A DNA stretch of 64,000 bases from a virus. Its lineage: Duplodnaviria > Caudoviricetes. The position numbers and the translations under genes are program-made. Below, one piece after another: positions 31,301-39,094 of the stretch. Position 1 is the stretch's first letter. Every line of letters starts with the position of its first letter. The notes under the pieces were generated by a model, which did not search any database, was not told where the DNA came from, and saw only the letters and a program-made list of their open reading frames with translations. Location of the stretch: the IMG/VR virus record IMGVR_UViG_3300012344_000002, positions 9,313 to 73,312 of that record; one strand, given 5' to 3'.

Positions 31301-31836
31301 GCTGCCATCATACCTAAATCTTGACTATTAACATAATTAACAGCATCTCTACCAATCTTAGCTAATGAAGCTTCAGTTTGAGATTTACCATTAGCTAAAT
31401 CTTTTTGATATTGAGCTTGGCTTCTAGCTTGTAACCAAGCTCCTGTATTGGCTTTTAATTCTTGTCTATGCTGACTATCTGAAGAGGTTAAACTTCTTAA
31501 TCCTCTAGCAACATTACCTAATGTAACATCAGCTATACGTTCACCTGTTTGACCTCCTAAAGCACCTAATGAGCCAACAGCATCAACGGCCGCTGCTGTA
31601 CCATTAAGAACATAATCTTGTAGATGATTATTCATACCAATATAACGCTGCATATCCTGTGATTGTTGCACAGCATTAACAGCTTGTTGGTTAGTCATAT
31701 TCATATTAGCTAGTTGTGCTCTAGTTAAATCATCAATTAAAGGTCCTTGAGTAGGAGTACCCCCATTAGTAGGGGTAGAAGCAGGAGCAGAACTGTTATT
31801 AGCAAGGGAATTTACTAAATTATCAAAAGAAGCCAT
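19363..31836 (-). CDS. Virion-encapsidated RNA polymerase (N4 gp50-like), 4157 aa
   Basis: Motif A YGEADGITNG, motif B RMFTKKPATKANYQAG, motif C VFDGLNL; C-terminal IVVRSVAVP and GDFVAKSIYY blocks; size and synteny. Confidence 0.95.
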   Translation of the reverse strand: MASFDNLVNSLANNSSAPASTPTNGGTPTQGPLIDDLTRAQLANMNMTNQQAVNAVQQSQDMQRYIGMNNHLQDYVLNGTAAAVDAVGSLGALGGQTGERIADVTLGNVARGLRSLTSSDSQHRQELKANTGAWLQARSQAQYQKDLANGKSQTEASLAKIGRDAVNYVNSQDLGMMAAESTGSLVGSFVGGGLLGKAASLGAKGIMAARAAKTIAGKAATYEKTIAELSQVKAEAQAAAQAGKISMDEATATIQKIDADIAKLNAKKEGILADQAALTEQQQAVMQAQDLNKARQSYMENQVGNEAQITNEALATPSREVLDTEAKALNNRFDRLVNYKDTNNKRLADTNYNITTTASQKPVQEAKYNTAQKQYAEAVTKANETEGKLTKTESDFDKFKQNRSEIEARLNKQVEAKANKVGEEVGGIGINFAYGADAGADAVKDMHLENLSEADLQNSEEYKAKKQEYLNKGLSPEDASAKAIADIRSSIERTTRLGVGAWEAAVSKIMGTSKIEGKGLKKGLLNRLNPMTALGDTAKETSEEVAQGIGETVGGNISEKRINNNKDLTEGLGEAIAENAIGIPAGMAGTKAVGTGLHAAKAATTLTGAASVGAGVMAYKGGKSLFNSVKNAVKNHTQQKNTDTIMAPVTNEQNTVEVDKENKAWNNLKDTVKNVLRPSEQEGTQDAFKNVVDNTDLTDDEKDKLTKSNNLRTSMKVVEESFRRQAKDLETKDTITDDDIGHMAAKVTALHTAQSELVNRIQNNDKFTPEEKQDLIHRLAVNTQEVVQSSPKYREAVLKMVDKLDDNTKPLAQNLWTTVQDVAIADATDRAKKGEDVSRSISALEKVVKGITGESSFDASVSEEQVQNAVATLDLVKQYQKLYDAQSKKIQGYVDEAQEGASTEASEYSSTGKSSSALLNEKFISGYEYVNAQGETRHYKGMLEFYKQALNILSSADDNNTKQAKYSALIKDFNHFKKTQQTKFDEISKAYDTYLETQESQTLENVNGARYTINKHSGKLIDQMAYENNLMSDASDTLTNMGNMINNNKYSKPKKPTPKPNNSKGNPYHSLNSFADGIVEAFNKPTAGLATSTKGNNYTYTKVDKSLPITLKIQGKEYKVRTPTEFKGGPLAKKRGKLAFNVLQQLFRVHEAIAASHGVEKKNNVYMAMGGLMAALNAFKRNTPTNLKIGHLFVAADGNELPASVADVDLLLDTNVENPRAESYNAKNLVYLFSKSLGSNVSGYWDGVFINTGDGKGGDQGKSSKGGNKGGKGKPSKDPLAEINNVISSIDINKDYPTKDLSSAVKKLAKNIVALGDNTKLSAETKRQCIRLLGKYLLKKGNNKNYVKDANDLKDIIDAFTQEYKEKGFTDLIAEDKAVINTFSNLIINDNGKGNGKGEDEKVDEENVYINPTLATGIDINLVDEETSGQISADATKEELINAVKQSQNKIIKENITATDVANNDIKFAKDEYSAKERNTYLDAKCTFLPQPEVTITDAHDEHNQPLLKDPVAQGVYNQAVRITDKLLETAQDMFDKNPAEFMSRSLMYFFRFNDKGRLIWATDTKGNSIEENIRTAIVYSFGAASTRSTSSIKELLPEGALLHLTAEQLKTANQVGTNKDNRYITKQGLGNTLSSTLNSLVPRIDNSHIPDRNEVNALTSSILTAWQAATDTKDKNAVSESDANPYLNRVVIYDNGTKQVIDTQKDFNKVEYTTGEVDDNDTLIRSSMTVLVLPKGYDSYAITNSVDKQLLKNKQANTFTSVVLTDEEAKEYLTDAPVMSHLNHHPEQPLSTLQRAAIKADRLQKHIITTFGKILNYISDEAFQKARNIPSTQFVNELAEVSRKGREGQLLNGLQYIRNTMKQMKDGEGLYYNHEMTAVSRMNSSDYMSPRNNKEIRETISPIEYEVNLSDKSEEGILKKRLWLRMIAQGLGQKVQHMSDKQVDNFLLNIRQTFNSKDTSIFKEYAKLANKIANGEQLIKKEQERFNDLFTQVNERFAEVYGEDAQTTLGIHAYTDYLRALDVKNKPIKSSLYGEADGITNGIFFSKLMLGSLSHILKAAASGKDVKAELANLARVGFFVGQVSKPFYADAIKEADKTFGSVLKDNKVQDTYTNIATQFTTEYANAQEKIFGTREVLKDGSVSYTDSTVTVKVEEGTRDLNSQKLKATNVLHDSMDTLLVYTDVGNVQNPDGSILFSRMFTKKPATKANYQAGPTSISNEFMDEVELKLLQKLNGYKGSDGKVYNWRLIVAHGIQKGLEKEQRREGIFSTSYWGPKAFDKFIDSLKLNADQKEDLKKDVNAFLAVTCLNRVTYIKDKQGNIIGLTYHPELDSRGYETLFDNTGKPLTDKEITLNGVRKHSISAINYLMSNHLLSTITKALGDEVDYNSKCIILASNILHQAFVNHLLQELKERVDPENKIKDENKDKLFAKILASAKSNLSREELKKIVRENISKYQAIITNKSGTAVFNYKTDLNTGITDHDQNDDINIYDKSTGEVDTLHYSKGVSTYTTPGVAAVPTSTIGFGDGETMNKFIVQILEPLGLSYNDVFDGLNLSPDEHAQVGDSLNKIAANTALQNSPLGSINKAFQYAVEKGYVTAEDLNSYRSNASNAANATITDILELDQGGPSANPQRVDYERTLGGEINIFKTFCKTLDKRAKEARVVADILASHYMPYSCCQYAFSPNGGYSHKAYIDMGKKGEDQKIYPINDINDADDLVKYMQLTAEFFKADNNNKESAKEAMFNFLVKNGYIDKSSPIGNVISTTKLPSTKEEFELYNKRKDALDKKLGLLSKEQQSGNNFSRVLYENLKGTEQNQERKVSRWLQSFFKKTSKPVTFITDPELIKELHDIYEPTKVWPLVNGSLCFETTVNGKSQYFICNAYMGRNVNIHEAAHCIASLYLRDSVNKIDENSRKNLLARLKNGEQLSEQDIINAEGSNDLANLLAHLSKIYSRVVEIEKGPKFKGQKLSDYINSFNDLGRALDELFAQTLQSRYSAIQTTGNEQASDYIVNKLKTLLQRLKDIFKAFFHLGKEDKLDAFFGKSLFTQEELDNSKVSNRVAAMVLMSNLIIEKSTEDTDSLSMFDAPVGEPETIINTEDMPITMGQLNKLYDNKRKDPKFLNLVKAFANNPTTAGTVVDEFLTAGIDVGEDGPFVALLDTMLKDKYFAPSVVNNLHNLYSTVLKSPELKELPDSLQNLLIGDVNDKGMDNHKTTTAGLTNFIYLGMRNQEVKSMLAKLQESNISKSKSPYKIDRLITDSVVNAVNALTKGRNISDALNATMAKGVAQHAILKNLDTISDVETFVEGKGNTLLNQAINKTVDITGTVLQHSSIKSLKNAGDAIKAAKAASDIDTTGSNWAFFLNTINSKIKAPQIVHDVLRDFAGIDAHNFPVYALLKKITARFDREAYQRTQAIPQLLKEKFKNLQKGDEVRLAKYFLKLDLTSLMDGVSIDNLGDVIRHPEESIEEYKQNLLPIQQQKAAQLGHYLATGESGYHLLQNAHAICAIQSTGKLDPSKIKESTVSQIDKLVSCYALKNISVEDREELTRIVEDNQDAMQDFIDMHNSIKKSEIAKLGKNPLNYHKGYLPRSFKNNMNYKVVYTQEEVKRAKTQGWKFVSKLDKLGNAGEMYLMKTSLPDPVFHKGVFQNISTKVFGTNKYGNSNTTLARPLKVDQYNGSPETASANEPIPVFNQKGNIKSYDRPIVLSDDLYDDDAFSALGKWSANDFMETSAKEFNKEAIHLAKNMYDRDVKSFGKEWVNNTYVDLNELVNVKKDKIVEDAISRLPQYLIDALEKEFDGHIFLRKDMVDTFLGYRSASITDAWTGISRWSPKTLNRIAKLSNKLLGQNAYLYLGHAERAIEYTTSYMRSNIVVRSVAVPYMNAVSNILQLRMRGISYLDILQGINDKVKELEQYRQIEKQTINLKARLLTETDPKHKKILEHRLADNKQRISMMTIAPMIEQGELSTLADVGDSYNDSVFTGEWADKIHECVNKLPPSVVNTGKWLTVSKDSDLYKLMEKATTYGDFVAKSIYYDHLIQNGMDKEMAARKSMEEFVNYDMMAGRSREYLENLGIIWFYNYKLRITKASIDAMLHNPASILLVEGLTPDIFLDNGTLIGDSFLGKLAQGQLGSSFLPLSFFNAWWSKNPFLNLLDTVF

Positions 31837-31848
31837 AGTATCCTCATA

Positions 31849-31889
31849 ATAAAAAATGGTAGTACATGTTTATTGCATATACTACCATT
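31849..31889 (-). terminator. Probable intrinsic terminator just upstream of the vRNAP gene
   Basis: AATGGTAGTA...TACTACCATT 10-bp stem with a T run on the minus strand. Confidence 0.65.
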
Positions 31890-31907
31890 GTTTTATTAAG
31901 AGTAAAA

Positions 31908-33995
31908 TTAATTACCAGTATTAACTGGATTATTCTCATCCGAATAAGTCATTTGCATCTGTTGTTGTAGCTTTTTAGCACTTTCAGGACGACCTTTATT
32001 AACAGCATCTAACATTTGTATACCTAAAGCATTACGACTTAATTGAGCATTAATACCAGCTAATTTAGTAAGAATACCCGGAGATTGTTCTTCTACTTTA
32101 TTAACAGTATGCACCGCATCTATTAAATCAGAATCTTTCCAATCAGGGGTTAAAGTTTTACTACTAAACTTACCTGAATCTATTAATATTTGCATAACTA
32201 ATCGAGCACCAGTATCTGTTGCTCCATATTCTTTAGCTTTATTAAAACCAGCAGTATATTTTTGTCTAAATTTAGGTATATCATCAAAGTTTAACTGTTT
32301 AGCTAATTCTTCTTCTGGCTTACCATAATCTTTAAGTGTGCTATCTAAAGAAGTACCAAGAGCATTAAAATCACTTTTAGCTTTACCTAATTTAAGTAAG
32401 ATACTGTTATAATTTTTTAATATCTTATCTTTTTGTCCATTTAAAATTAAACTACTTTGGTTTAAAGCAGTTTTACCTGAAGTTATATCAAATTTAGTTA
32501 ATTTAGTTGGGTCAGTATTAAAAGCTAATACTTGTCCAGCAATTAAACCCCTTTTTATTAAAGAAGCATCTTGCTTTTTTGTTTGATAAGCATCATTAGC
32601 AGCATTAATATTAACCATAAATTTATTTACACTATTTTGAGCATCTTGTGTTTTAGCTGTACTTTCAATACCTGAACCAGTATCTGTAAATCTAATATTA
32701 TTTAGAGCACCTACATCGGTAGGTGTATATATATAAGGTAGTTGAGCATTAAATTTCTGATTCATAAAACGTGCAAGAGGACCATAAGCAAGGAGACCTG
32801 CTGAACCAGCTGGAGATACTAATATGCCTCCTTTAAGTGCTGCTTGAAACTCTGGAGGATTAGTAGCAGCTTTAGTTGTATTAGTTTTTATAATTTCATC
32901 TTTAAAATTATTAAAGTCTTTAGCAGTAGCCTTAGGATTCTTAGCTAAATTAGCTAGTTTTGCTTCTTGTTCTTCAGTAAGAGTCATATCAGATGCTTTA
33001 ACTGCTAATCTAATAGTTTGTGCTCTAGAAGCACTAAGATCTGCTCCTCCTTTTTCCATACCAAAAGCCATAGAGGTATTTTTATTACCATCATCTGTAT
33101 ATTGAACACTATTATCTAAGTCTTGTATTGCAGAATTAGTAGATGCTTCAGCTGTAGGTTGTAAATTAACACCTCTATCATAGATACTACCTTGTTTAAT
33201 ATAAGATAAATAATCAGGAGCATATTTAGCAACAAAAAAGGCAGGATTATTAATACCCCTAGATTGTGCTATTTTATTTAAAGTATCACGATAAATAGCA
33301 CCATAAGTAGAAGACTTAGGGTCTTCACCTTTAAGAGCCATAGCTGCATTAGTATCTGCTATTAAATTGGTTCCTTTTAATTGTTCTTCTTCTAATTGAG
33401 CTTTTCTAGCCCTTTCAGCCATAGCCTGACGAGTATTAGCCATATCAAGAGCACCTTTTGCAAGGTCTTGCTTTTTATTAGCGTCTGATAGATTCTGTTG
33501 AACTAAGTCCTCAAATTTAAGGTATTTTTGAGCTACAGGGTCTAATTTAGTACCACGAGCCATAGCTTCATTAAATGCTTTTGTATCACGTAATCTAAAA
33601 GCTTCAGCAGCTTGCATATTAATAGCAGAAGCATCATTTTCACCTTGCCAATCTAATGCTGTTCTATGCTCAATACCTTGCTGTATCTGTGAATCAATAT
33701 CATTACGAGCATTCTGCATAATATCACTAAGAGTGCTAGCAGAAGTAAATGCACTAGCATTCTGTAAAGCAGATGCTCTAGCTTGGTCAGGTGTCATTCC
33801 TTGAGCTAAAGCTGCATTATAAGCTTTAATAGCTTCATTATTAGCACTGCTTTCCATATTACTTCTAATAGTATTAATAGCATTATTAAAAGCATTACCA
33901 GCAAAAGTAGAAGCTCTAAGGGCAGCATCTGCATACCCAGAACCATCATTACCTGATGGATTAACTGGATTCCATGTACCTAATAAGTTAGCCAT
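31908..33995 (-). CDS. Internal virion/ejection protein (N4 gp51-like)
   Basis: Starts MANLLGTWNPVN, Ala/Asn/Gln-rich, directly upstream of vRNAP. Confidence 0.65.
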   Translation of the reverse strand: MANLLGTWNPVNPSGNDGSGYADAALRASTFAGNAFNNAINTIRSNMESSANNEAIKAYNAALAQGMTPDQARASALQNASAFTSASTLSDIMQNARNDIDSQIQQGIEHRTALDWQGENDASAINMQAAEAFRLRDTKAFNEAMARGTKLDPVAQKYLKFEDLVQQNLSDANKKQDLAKGALDMANTRQAMAERARKAQLEEEQLKGTNLIADTNAAMALKGEDPKSSTYGAIYRDTLNKIAQSRGINNPAFFVAKYAPDYLSYIKQGSIYDRGVNLQPTAEASTNSAIQDLDNSVQYTDDGNKNTSMAFGMEKGGADLSASRAQTIRLAVKASDMTLTEEQEAKLANLAKNPKATAKDFNNFKDEIIKTNTTKAATNPPEFQAALKGGILVSPAGSAGLLAYGPLARFMNQKFNAQLPYIYTPTDVGALNNIRFTDTGSGIESTAKTQDAQNSVNKFMVNINAANDAYQTKKQDASLIKRGLIAGQVLAFNTDPTKLTKFDITSGKTALNQSSLILNGQKDKILKNYNSILLKLGKAKSDFNALGTSLDSTLKDYGKPEEELAKQLNFDDIPKFRQKYTAGFNKAKEYGATDTGARLVMQILIDSGKFSSKTLTPDWKDSDLIDAVHTVNKVEEQSPGILTKLAGINAQLSRNALGIQMLDAVNKGRPESAKKLQQQMQMTYSDENNPVNTGN

Positions 33996-34510
33996 TATAA
34001 AGACCTCTCATTAATAATATTATCATAAGCGTGTCTATTACCTGTATTCTGTGTAGCAGCAGACTCATATACCTGAGCCAAATTATTATTATAGGTCTTT
34101 CTGCCTGCCTGATAATTACGCTCATTATTCATAACATTATAAGCAAATTGTTGCTTCATCTGATTTAAGTATTGCTTAGCTAACTTATTCTGACTCCAAG
34201 CACTATATAATCCACTAATACCTTGAGCTACATTAGCTAATCCTTGTATAGTTCCCATATTTAAACCAGAACCATCAGTACCATTATTAACTTGATTATT
34301 CCAGTTACCAGCTATAGGAGTAGCATTAGGTTTACCAAAACCATTATTAATAGCTTCATTATATGAGGTACCTCCTGTAAAAGGTCCGGATATATAATTA
34401 TTTATATCTGTGGGTGCAGGAGTACTACCAAATAAACTATTACCTATCCAATTATTTAAACTGGATATACCACTAACTAAAGAATTATCTGTTAAACTGT
34501 TATAAAACAT
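33995..34510 (-). CDS. Structural protein (N4 gp52-like)
   Basis: Gly/Asn-rich N-terminus, GLANVAQGISGLYSAW-x-QNKLAK coiled coil; synteny. Confidence 0.7.
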   Translation of the reverse strand: MFYNSLTDNSLVSGISSLNNWIGNSLFGSTPAPTDINNYISGPFTGGTSYNEAINNGFGKPNATPIAGNWNNQVNNGTDGSGLNMGTIQGLANVAQGISGLYSAWSQNKLAKQYLNQMKQQFAYNVMNNERNYQAGRKTYNNNLAQVYESAATQNTGNRHAYDNIINERSL

Positions 34511-34524
34511 AAAACACCTATGAA

Positions 34525-37392
34525 TTAAATTATTGCTTGGTCTACTTCTAAGTATCTATCTACATCTATTAGTTCAGTAGTTAAAGCGTCTATAGAGTAG
34601 TCCGTATAAGAGATTAAAGCATTATTCCAAGTAGGACCAGAAAGAACACCATCATAGATAGGACTGGTTTGTCTAGTGGTAATAGCATTTACATAATTAG
34701 ATACATTGAAGTTAGAAGTTTGATTGTATAACTCTGCCATCTTTGAAGATAACAGTTTGTTTTTTTGATTATACTGTTCTTGGTTCTGTTGGTCTAATGA
34801 ATTAAATTTATTGTATTCATCAGTAAGACTTTTATTCTTAGTATTAAAGTAATCTGCTGTGCCTTTTAATGTAGTAGAAGCTATAGATGCTGCACCTTTA
34901 AATGATGATGCATAATCAGATAGACCACTTAGAGTTCCACCTGCATCATAGTAGCAAACTACTAAAGTAATAACTATTTGGAACATGGTTCCTATAAAAC
35001 TATTACCGAATATAGCTTTAGCTAAAACTTTAGCTAAAAAAGCTACTACAAAAGCTACTAATATCTTACATAAAGCCATTAATACTATATAAGTAGTAGT
35101 ACCTACTGCTGCACCTACAGCAGCACATATAGCTGCTCCTACTTTAGATGCTGGAGCTGTACCTGAACCCCAAGTTACTATGGATACAATGATAACTATA
35201 ATAATAACTATAATAGTAACTACAATAGCTAACCATTTCTTATAACCTTTGTAATGGGGTTGTTCAAAATGATAAGATTCAGCAATTAAATAAGTACCTT
35301 TAGTTACTAAGTCATTTAACTCTGACATAGGAAAGTTTTCCATCATAGTTAAATCAAATGGAATAATAAATCCTGAATCATCATCAGCAATGCTAGGTTT
35401 AAAAGTAACAGATTGATTATTAACTGTTTGAAAGTCTATAACTACATTCTGATATACATTTTGATAACCTAAATAAACAGAACCAGCATTATCATATACA
35501 AACTGATTACCAGCAGCCATACCAATCATAAATTTTGGGTCATATTTATAAGTATAGCCTATTACCTCAGGTAGACGACCATAGCTATCAATAGTAGTTC
35601 TATTATCTTTATATATAGGCTCACCTTTACTCATACAGTAGTCAAAACTAGCTGCTGTATTAATTAAAGTAGCATCTATAGTAGCAAATAAATTACCTAT
35701 ACCATAATGACCCACTGGATTATAAAGAGTTAAATTATAAACACATATTTCTTGATAAGTTTCATTAGTATCTTGATATCTAAATGCTACTCCGGGACTT
35801 GTTAAATAATATGTATGGGTAATTGTTTTAGTATCTTCTACAGTAGCATTAGGGTCACCACCACTACCTGAAGGTTTAGTTACTGTAGTAATAGTATCCT
35901 TTTTAACATAAGGTTCAGATGTAACTGCACAAGGTTCTACAAAGTATTGTCCTTTCTTGGCTCCTGCTTGGGCTACACCTTTTACAGACCTAGATACAAT
36001 ACCTGTCCAGCATATACCTCTAGCTACGGTACCACTATATGAATACCATGAAATATAACCATTCAAATCCATTAAATGATTGGATATTACAGTCTGTTGT
36101 CTAGGACCATAATTAGTAACTAAAGTAGCTTGTTTTGTATACCATTCATCTTTAATATTCTCAGCAGATAAACCTCTTTGTACTAAGTAATGTTGATATA
36201 TTTGTTTAAATAATATAAATAAATATTTCTTACCTGATTGGGTTTTATTATTAAGATTAACTCCCCACATCATATAAGCATTAGCTAGTTCTTGTTGATT
36301 AGGTGTTTCTTCTATGTTTTTATAAATCATAGAATAAACATCAGTAGAAAAGATATGCTTTAAATAATTAACGCATTGTTTATACTTATTAGAGTTTTTA
36401 TCTATATAAAGAGAGCTTTCTTTAATAGGAGACCATGGAATAGGAACCATATGGAATGTTAATTGGGATATTGCCCATATCTGTATTATCTTTTCTAAAG
36501 CTAAATCAGAACCATCAACTACATAAGATACATTACGCCATATAATATTAGAATCATCTACTGATTCACCATAATTAATATTTAATACAGTATTAGATGC
36601 TGGTGTATCAGCTTGTACTGTTACTACTCCTTTAGGGGTAGTAACAGTAGTACCTCTGTTATATACGTATCTAAACATACCAAGAGGTAAAGCATCTGTA
36701 TCTTCTACTATATTACCATCTTCATCTTCTTTAGTAGGATAGGTAGTCAAACTATATAGAGTAGCTTTATCATAATAATAAAACTCCTCTATATATTTTG
36801 GTTCATCCTCATAAATATCATAATTATTGTATTTAAACTTAGGATTATCTATTAAATAAGTAAACTTACCCTTAGTTAAAGATGTCATCTTAGTTCTTAG
36901 GGTAAGTTTCTCACCATTACTGAAAGTAACTTCAATTACCCCGGTAGTTTCATCAAAATGTTGAGTGTAAGTATTATTAGAATACAAGTCATGATAAGCA
37001 CCAAATAAATAACCATCTAAAGCTACTTGTAAAGAATTAGTAGTTACTTGCCATGAATGTATAGAACAGTTACTGTTACTTGTAACATCAGTAAGATAGT
37101 TCTGTATAGCAGTACCTATATCTCTCTTGGTTCCAGCGTAAGCGTTGCCTGTATCTGCTCTAAACCCAATAGCATCAGCATAACCTGAGGTTATAGCCCA
37201 TCTAACACCATTCTTTAATTTAAAAGCTAAAGAACTAAATAAATTAGGAATAAAATAATTAGCATATATAGGCTCATCAGATGTTAATGCCCAATTAGTA
37301 GCAGCAGAACCTGCCCATGAAGTATATCTATGGTCAGACATTTCAATACTGCTAGCTGCTGTTGAGAATGCAAATACATCATAATGAGCCAT
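34525..37392 (-). CDS. N4 gp53-like protein with C-terminal transmembrane segments
   Basis: WLAIVVTIIVIIIVIIVSIVTWG and further hydrophobic helices; synteny. Confidence 0.7.
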   Translation of the reverse strand: MAHYDVFAFSTAASSIEMSDHRYTSWAGSAATNWALTSDEPIYANYFIPNLFSSLAFKLKNGVRWAITSGYADAIGFRADTGNAYAGTKRDIGTAIQNYLTDVTSNSNCSIHSWQVTTNSLQVALDGYLFGAYHDLYSNNTYTQHFDETTGVIEVTFSNGEKLTLRTKMTSLTKGKFTYLIDNPKFKYNNYDIYEDEPKYIEEFYYYDKATLYSLTTYPTKEDEDGNIVEDTDALPLGMFRYVYNRGTTVTTPKGVVTVQADTPASNTVLNINYGESVDDSNIIWRNVSYVVDGSDLALEKIIQIWAISQLTFHMVPIPWSPIKESSLYIDKNSNKYKQCVNYLKHIFSTDVYSMIYKNIEETPNQQELANAYMMWGVNLNNKTQSGKKYLFILFKQIYQHYLVQRGLSAENIKDEWYTKQATLVTNYGPRQQTVISNHLMDLNGYISWYSYSGTVARGICWTGIVSRSVKGVAQAGAKKGQYFVEPCAVTSEPYVKKDTITTVTKPSGSGGDPNATVEDTKTITHTYYLTSPGVAFRYQDTNETYQEICVYNLTLYNPVGHYGIGNLFATIDATLINTAASFDYCMSKGEPIYKDNRTTIDSYGRLPEVIGYTYKYDPKFMIGMAAGNQFVYDNAGSVYLGYQNVYQNVVIDFQTVNNQSVTFKPSIADDDSGFIIPFDLTMMENFPMSELNDLVTKGTYLIAESYHFEQPHYKGYKKWLAIVVTIIVIIIVIIVSIVTWGSGTAPASKVGAAICAAVGAAVGTTTYIVLMALCKILVAFVVAFLAKVLAKAIFGNSFIGTMFQIVITLVVCYYDAGGTLSGLSDYASSFKGAASIASTTLKGTADYFNTKNKSLTDEYNKFNSLDQQNQEQYNQKNKLLSSKMAELYNQTSNFNVSNYVNAITTRQTSPIYDGVLSGPTWNNALISYTDYSIDALTTELIDVDRYLEVDQAII

Positions 37393-37401
37393 ATAAACCT
37401 C

Positions 37402-38424
37402 TTATTTAGGAGTAGAACCATTCAGATTATTAGTATGATTACCTGTAGTAGGCAAACCAGCATTTGCATATACTTGGTCTACTACATTATTAAGTGAAGC
37501 ATTCTGCATAGAAGGAGGGGCTTCTACAGCATCATTCATGCCTTTAGAAGTAATCCATGCATTAGCAGCTAGGTTAGCTGCATCTATACCTGCCTTCTGC
37601 TTAAAGGCAATAATCTGTTGAGATGCTACATCTTTCTGTTTACCTATTTGACCTTTAACAATAGCTCCATCAGTTCTAGTATCTAATGTCTGTGCTCTAG
37701 CAGATTCTACCTGTTCTCTTACAAGTTTAATCTGCTCATTAATCATTTGAATCTGAGCACCTATAGAACCAGCAACAGTAGCATTATCTGTTCTGGTTCC
37801 AGAAGTTTGAGCCTTCTGTACATTAACTTCTTCACATAATTTATTATATTGAGCAATTAAAGTAATATAAGTCTCATGCAAATTAGATAATTTAAGCTTC
37901 TCACCTGCATATTGTGTTTGTGCAGTATAAGCTTGAATCTGAGCTGTTATTAAAGCTATTTTAGATTTAATAATACCAATAGCAACATCAATAGCAGCTA
38001 ATTGAGCAGTAGTAGTAGAAATATATACTTGGTCTTTTTTAAGTACAAAATCTACAGCTTGCTGTAGAGCCATCTGCATAGCTGCTATATAAGCATTACT
38101 ATAATCAGCACCTACTATACGTCCTTGACTAAATTCTTTCTCTAAATGTCTAGAAATAGCTGTCATAAAAGTATCAAAAGCACCTGCACCGTCAGGGTCT
38201 TTAGTAGTTACTTCTTCAAGAGTAGCAGATACTTTATAGTTAATAATCTTATCTAATAACCCATCAGGAAGTTTAAAATCATCAGGATTAATTTGTAGAT
38301 TATCTAAATTAAAGTTATCTGATTTAGTGAGGTTATAATAGAGTTTTTCTGATAATTGGTCTGATGACTTATTATCTGTAGTATTAGTATCAGTGAACCA
38401 ATCTGTAAAGGTAGGTTTCTGCAT
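37402..38424 (-). CDS. Structural protein (N4 gp54-like)
   Basis: DGAGAFDTFM, GRIVGADY, KAQT-x-GTR-x-D repeats, QIIAFKQKA. Confidence 0.8.
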   Translation of the reverse strand: MQKPTFTDWFTDTNTTDNKSSDQLSEKLYYNLTKSDNFNLDNLQINPDDFKLPDGLLDKIINYKVSATLEEVTTKDPDGAGAFDTFMTAISRHLEKEFSQGRIVGADYSNAYIAAMQMALQQAVDFVLKKDQVYISTTTAQLAAIDVAIGIIKSKIALITAQIQAYTAQTQYAGEKLKLSNLHETYITLIAQYNKLCEEVNVQKAQTSGTRTDNATVAGSIGAQIQMINEQIKLVREQVESARAQTLDTRTDGAIVKGQIGKQKDVASQQIIAFKQKAGIDAANLAANAWITSKGMNDAVEAPPSMQNASLNNVVDQVYANAGLPTTGNHTNNLNGSTPK

Positions 38425-38438
38425 AAGAGCCTCTTATT

Positions 38439-38459
38439 AAAAACCCCTATAAGGGGGTA
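38439..38459 (-). terminator. Intrinsic terminator
   Basis: ACCCC-loop-GGGGT with a T run on the minus strand. Confidence 0.7.
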
Positions 38460-38463
38460 GTTA

Positions 38464-39033
38464 TTAATCAATTCTATTACCCGCTGCTTGTTCTTTAGCA
38501 AGCTCATCTAACTGTGACTGTGTTAGTGGGGGTAAAATTTCAATATTAAACTCTGGTAGCTCTTGTGCTCTATCTACATTTGATAAATCATCTTTATCAT
38601 TAGAAATACCACCAATATTTACATACTTCTTACTCTTTAAGAAGTTATAAATACACATAGGAATATGCCATGATTCAGCAGCTTTACCTCTGAATGGAAC
38701 ATACTTAGTTACTTTACCAATAACAGAGTTAGCTACAGTATAATAATCACCCATTAAATCTCTCTTATTAGGGTCATTATTAGCAATTCTACAACGTACT
38801 AGCTTTAGAGCTTCCTCTCTACCATGCTTACGAATACGAGCCTGCTGTAATACAGGATCATCTGTAGGAATGTCATTATTTACTGTAGGTACTTCTTCAT
38901 GAGATTCCTGTACTGGTTCTGCAGATGCTTCAGCAATTTTCTTCTGTAAAGCTTCTGCACCAATATTAGGTGAATATTTAATACCTAATTCTTTAGCTTG
39001 GTTCTTTAATTCATCTAGAGTTAATTCTTCCAT
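38464..39033 (-). CDS. N4 gp55-like protein
   Basis: LKNQAKELGIKYSPNIG-x-EAL-x2-KI, KLVRCRI-x2-NDP-x-K, EFNIEILPPLT-x2-L-x2-LA-x2-Q. Confidence 0.85.
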   Translation of the reverse strand: MEELTLDELKNQAKELGIKYSPNIGAEALQKKIAEASAEPVQESHEEVPTVNNDIPTDDPVLQQARIRKHGREEALKLVRCRIANNDPNKRDLMGDYYTVANSVIGKVTKYVPFRGKAAESWHIPMCIYNFLKSKKYVNIGGISNDKDDLSNVDRAQELPEFNIEILPPLTQSQLDELAKEQAAGNRID

Positions 39034-39049
39034 TTATAGTCTCCATAAA

Positions 39050-39077
39050 TAAATAAACCCGTGGATTTCACGGGTTT
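39050..39077 (-). terminator. Terminator after major capsid gene
   Basis: AAACCCGTG-GATTT-CACGGGTTT, T-rich tail on the minus strand. Confidence 0.8.
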
Positions 39078-39094
39078 AATATTATCACATTAAA

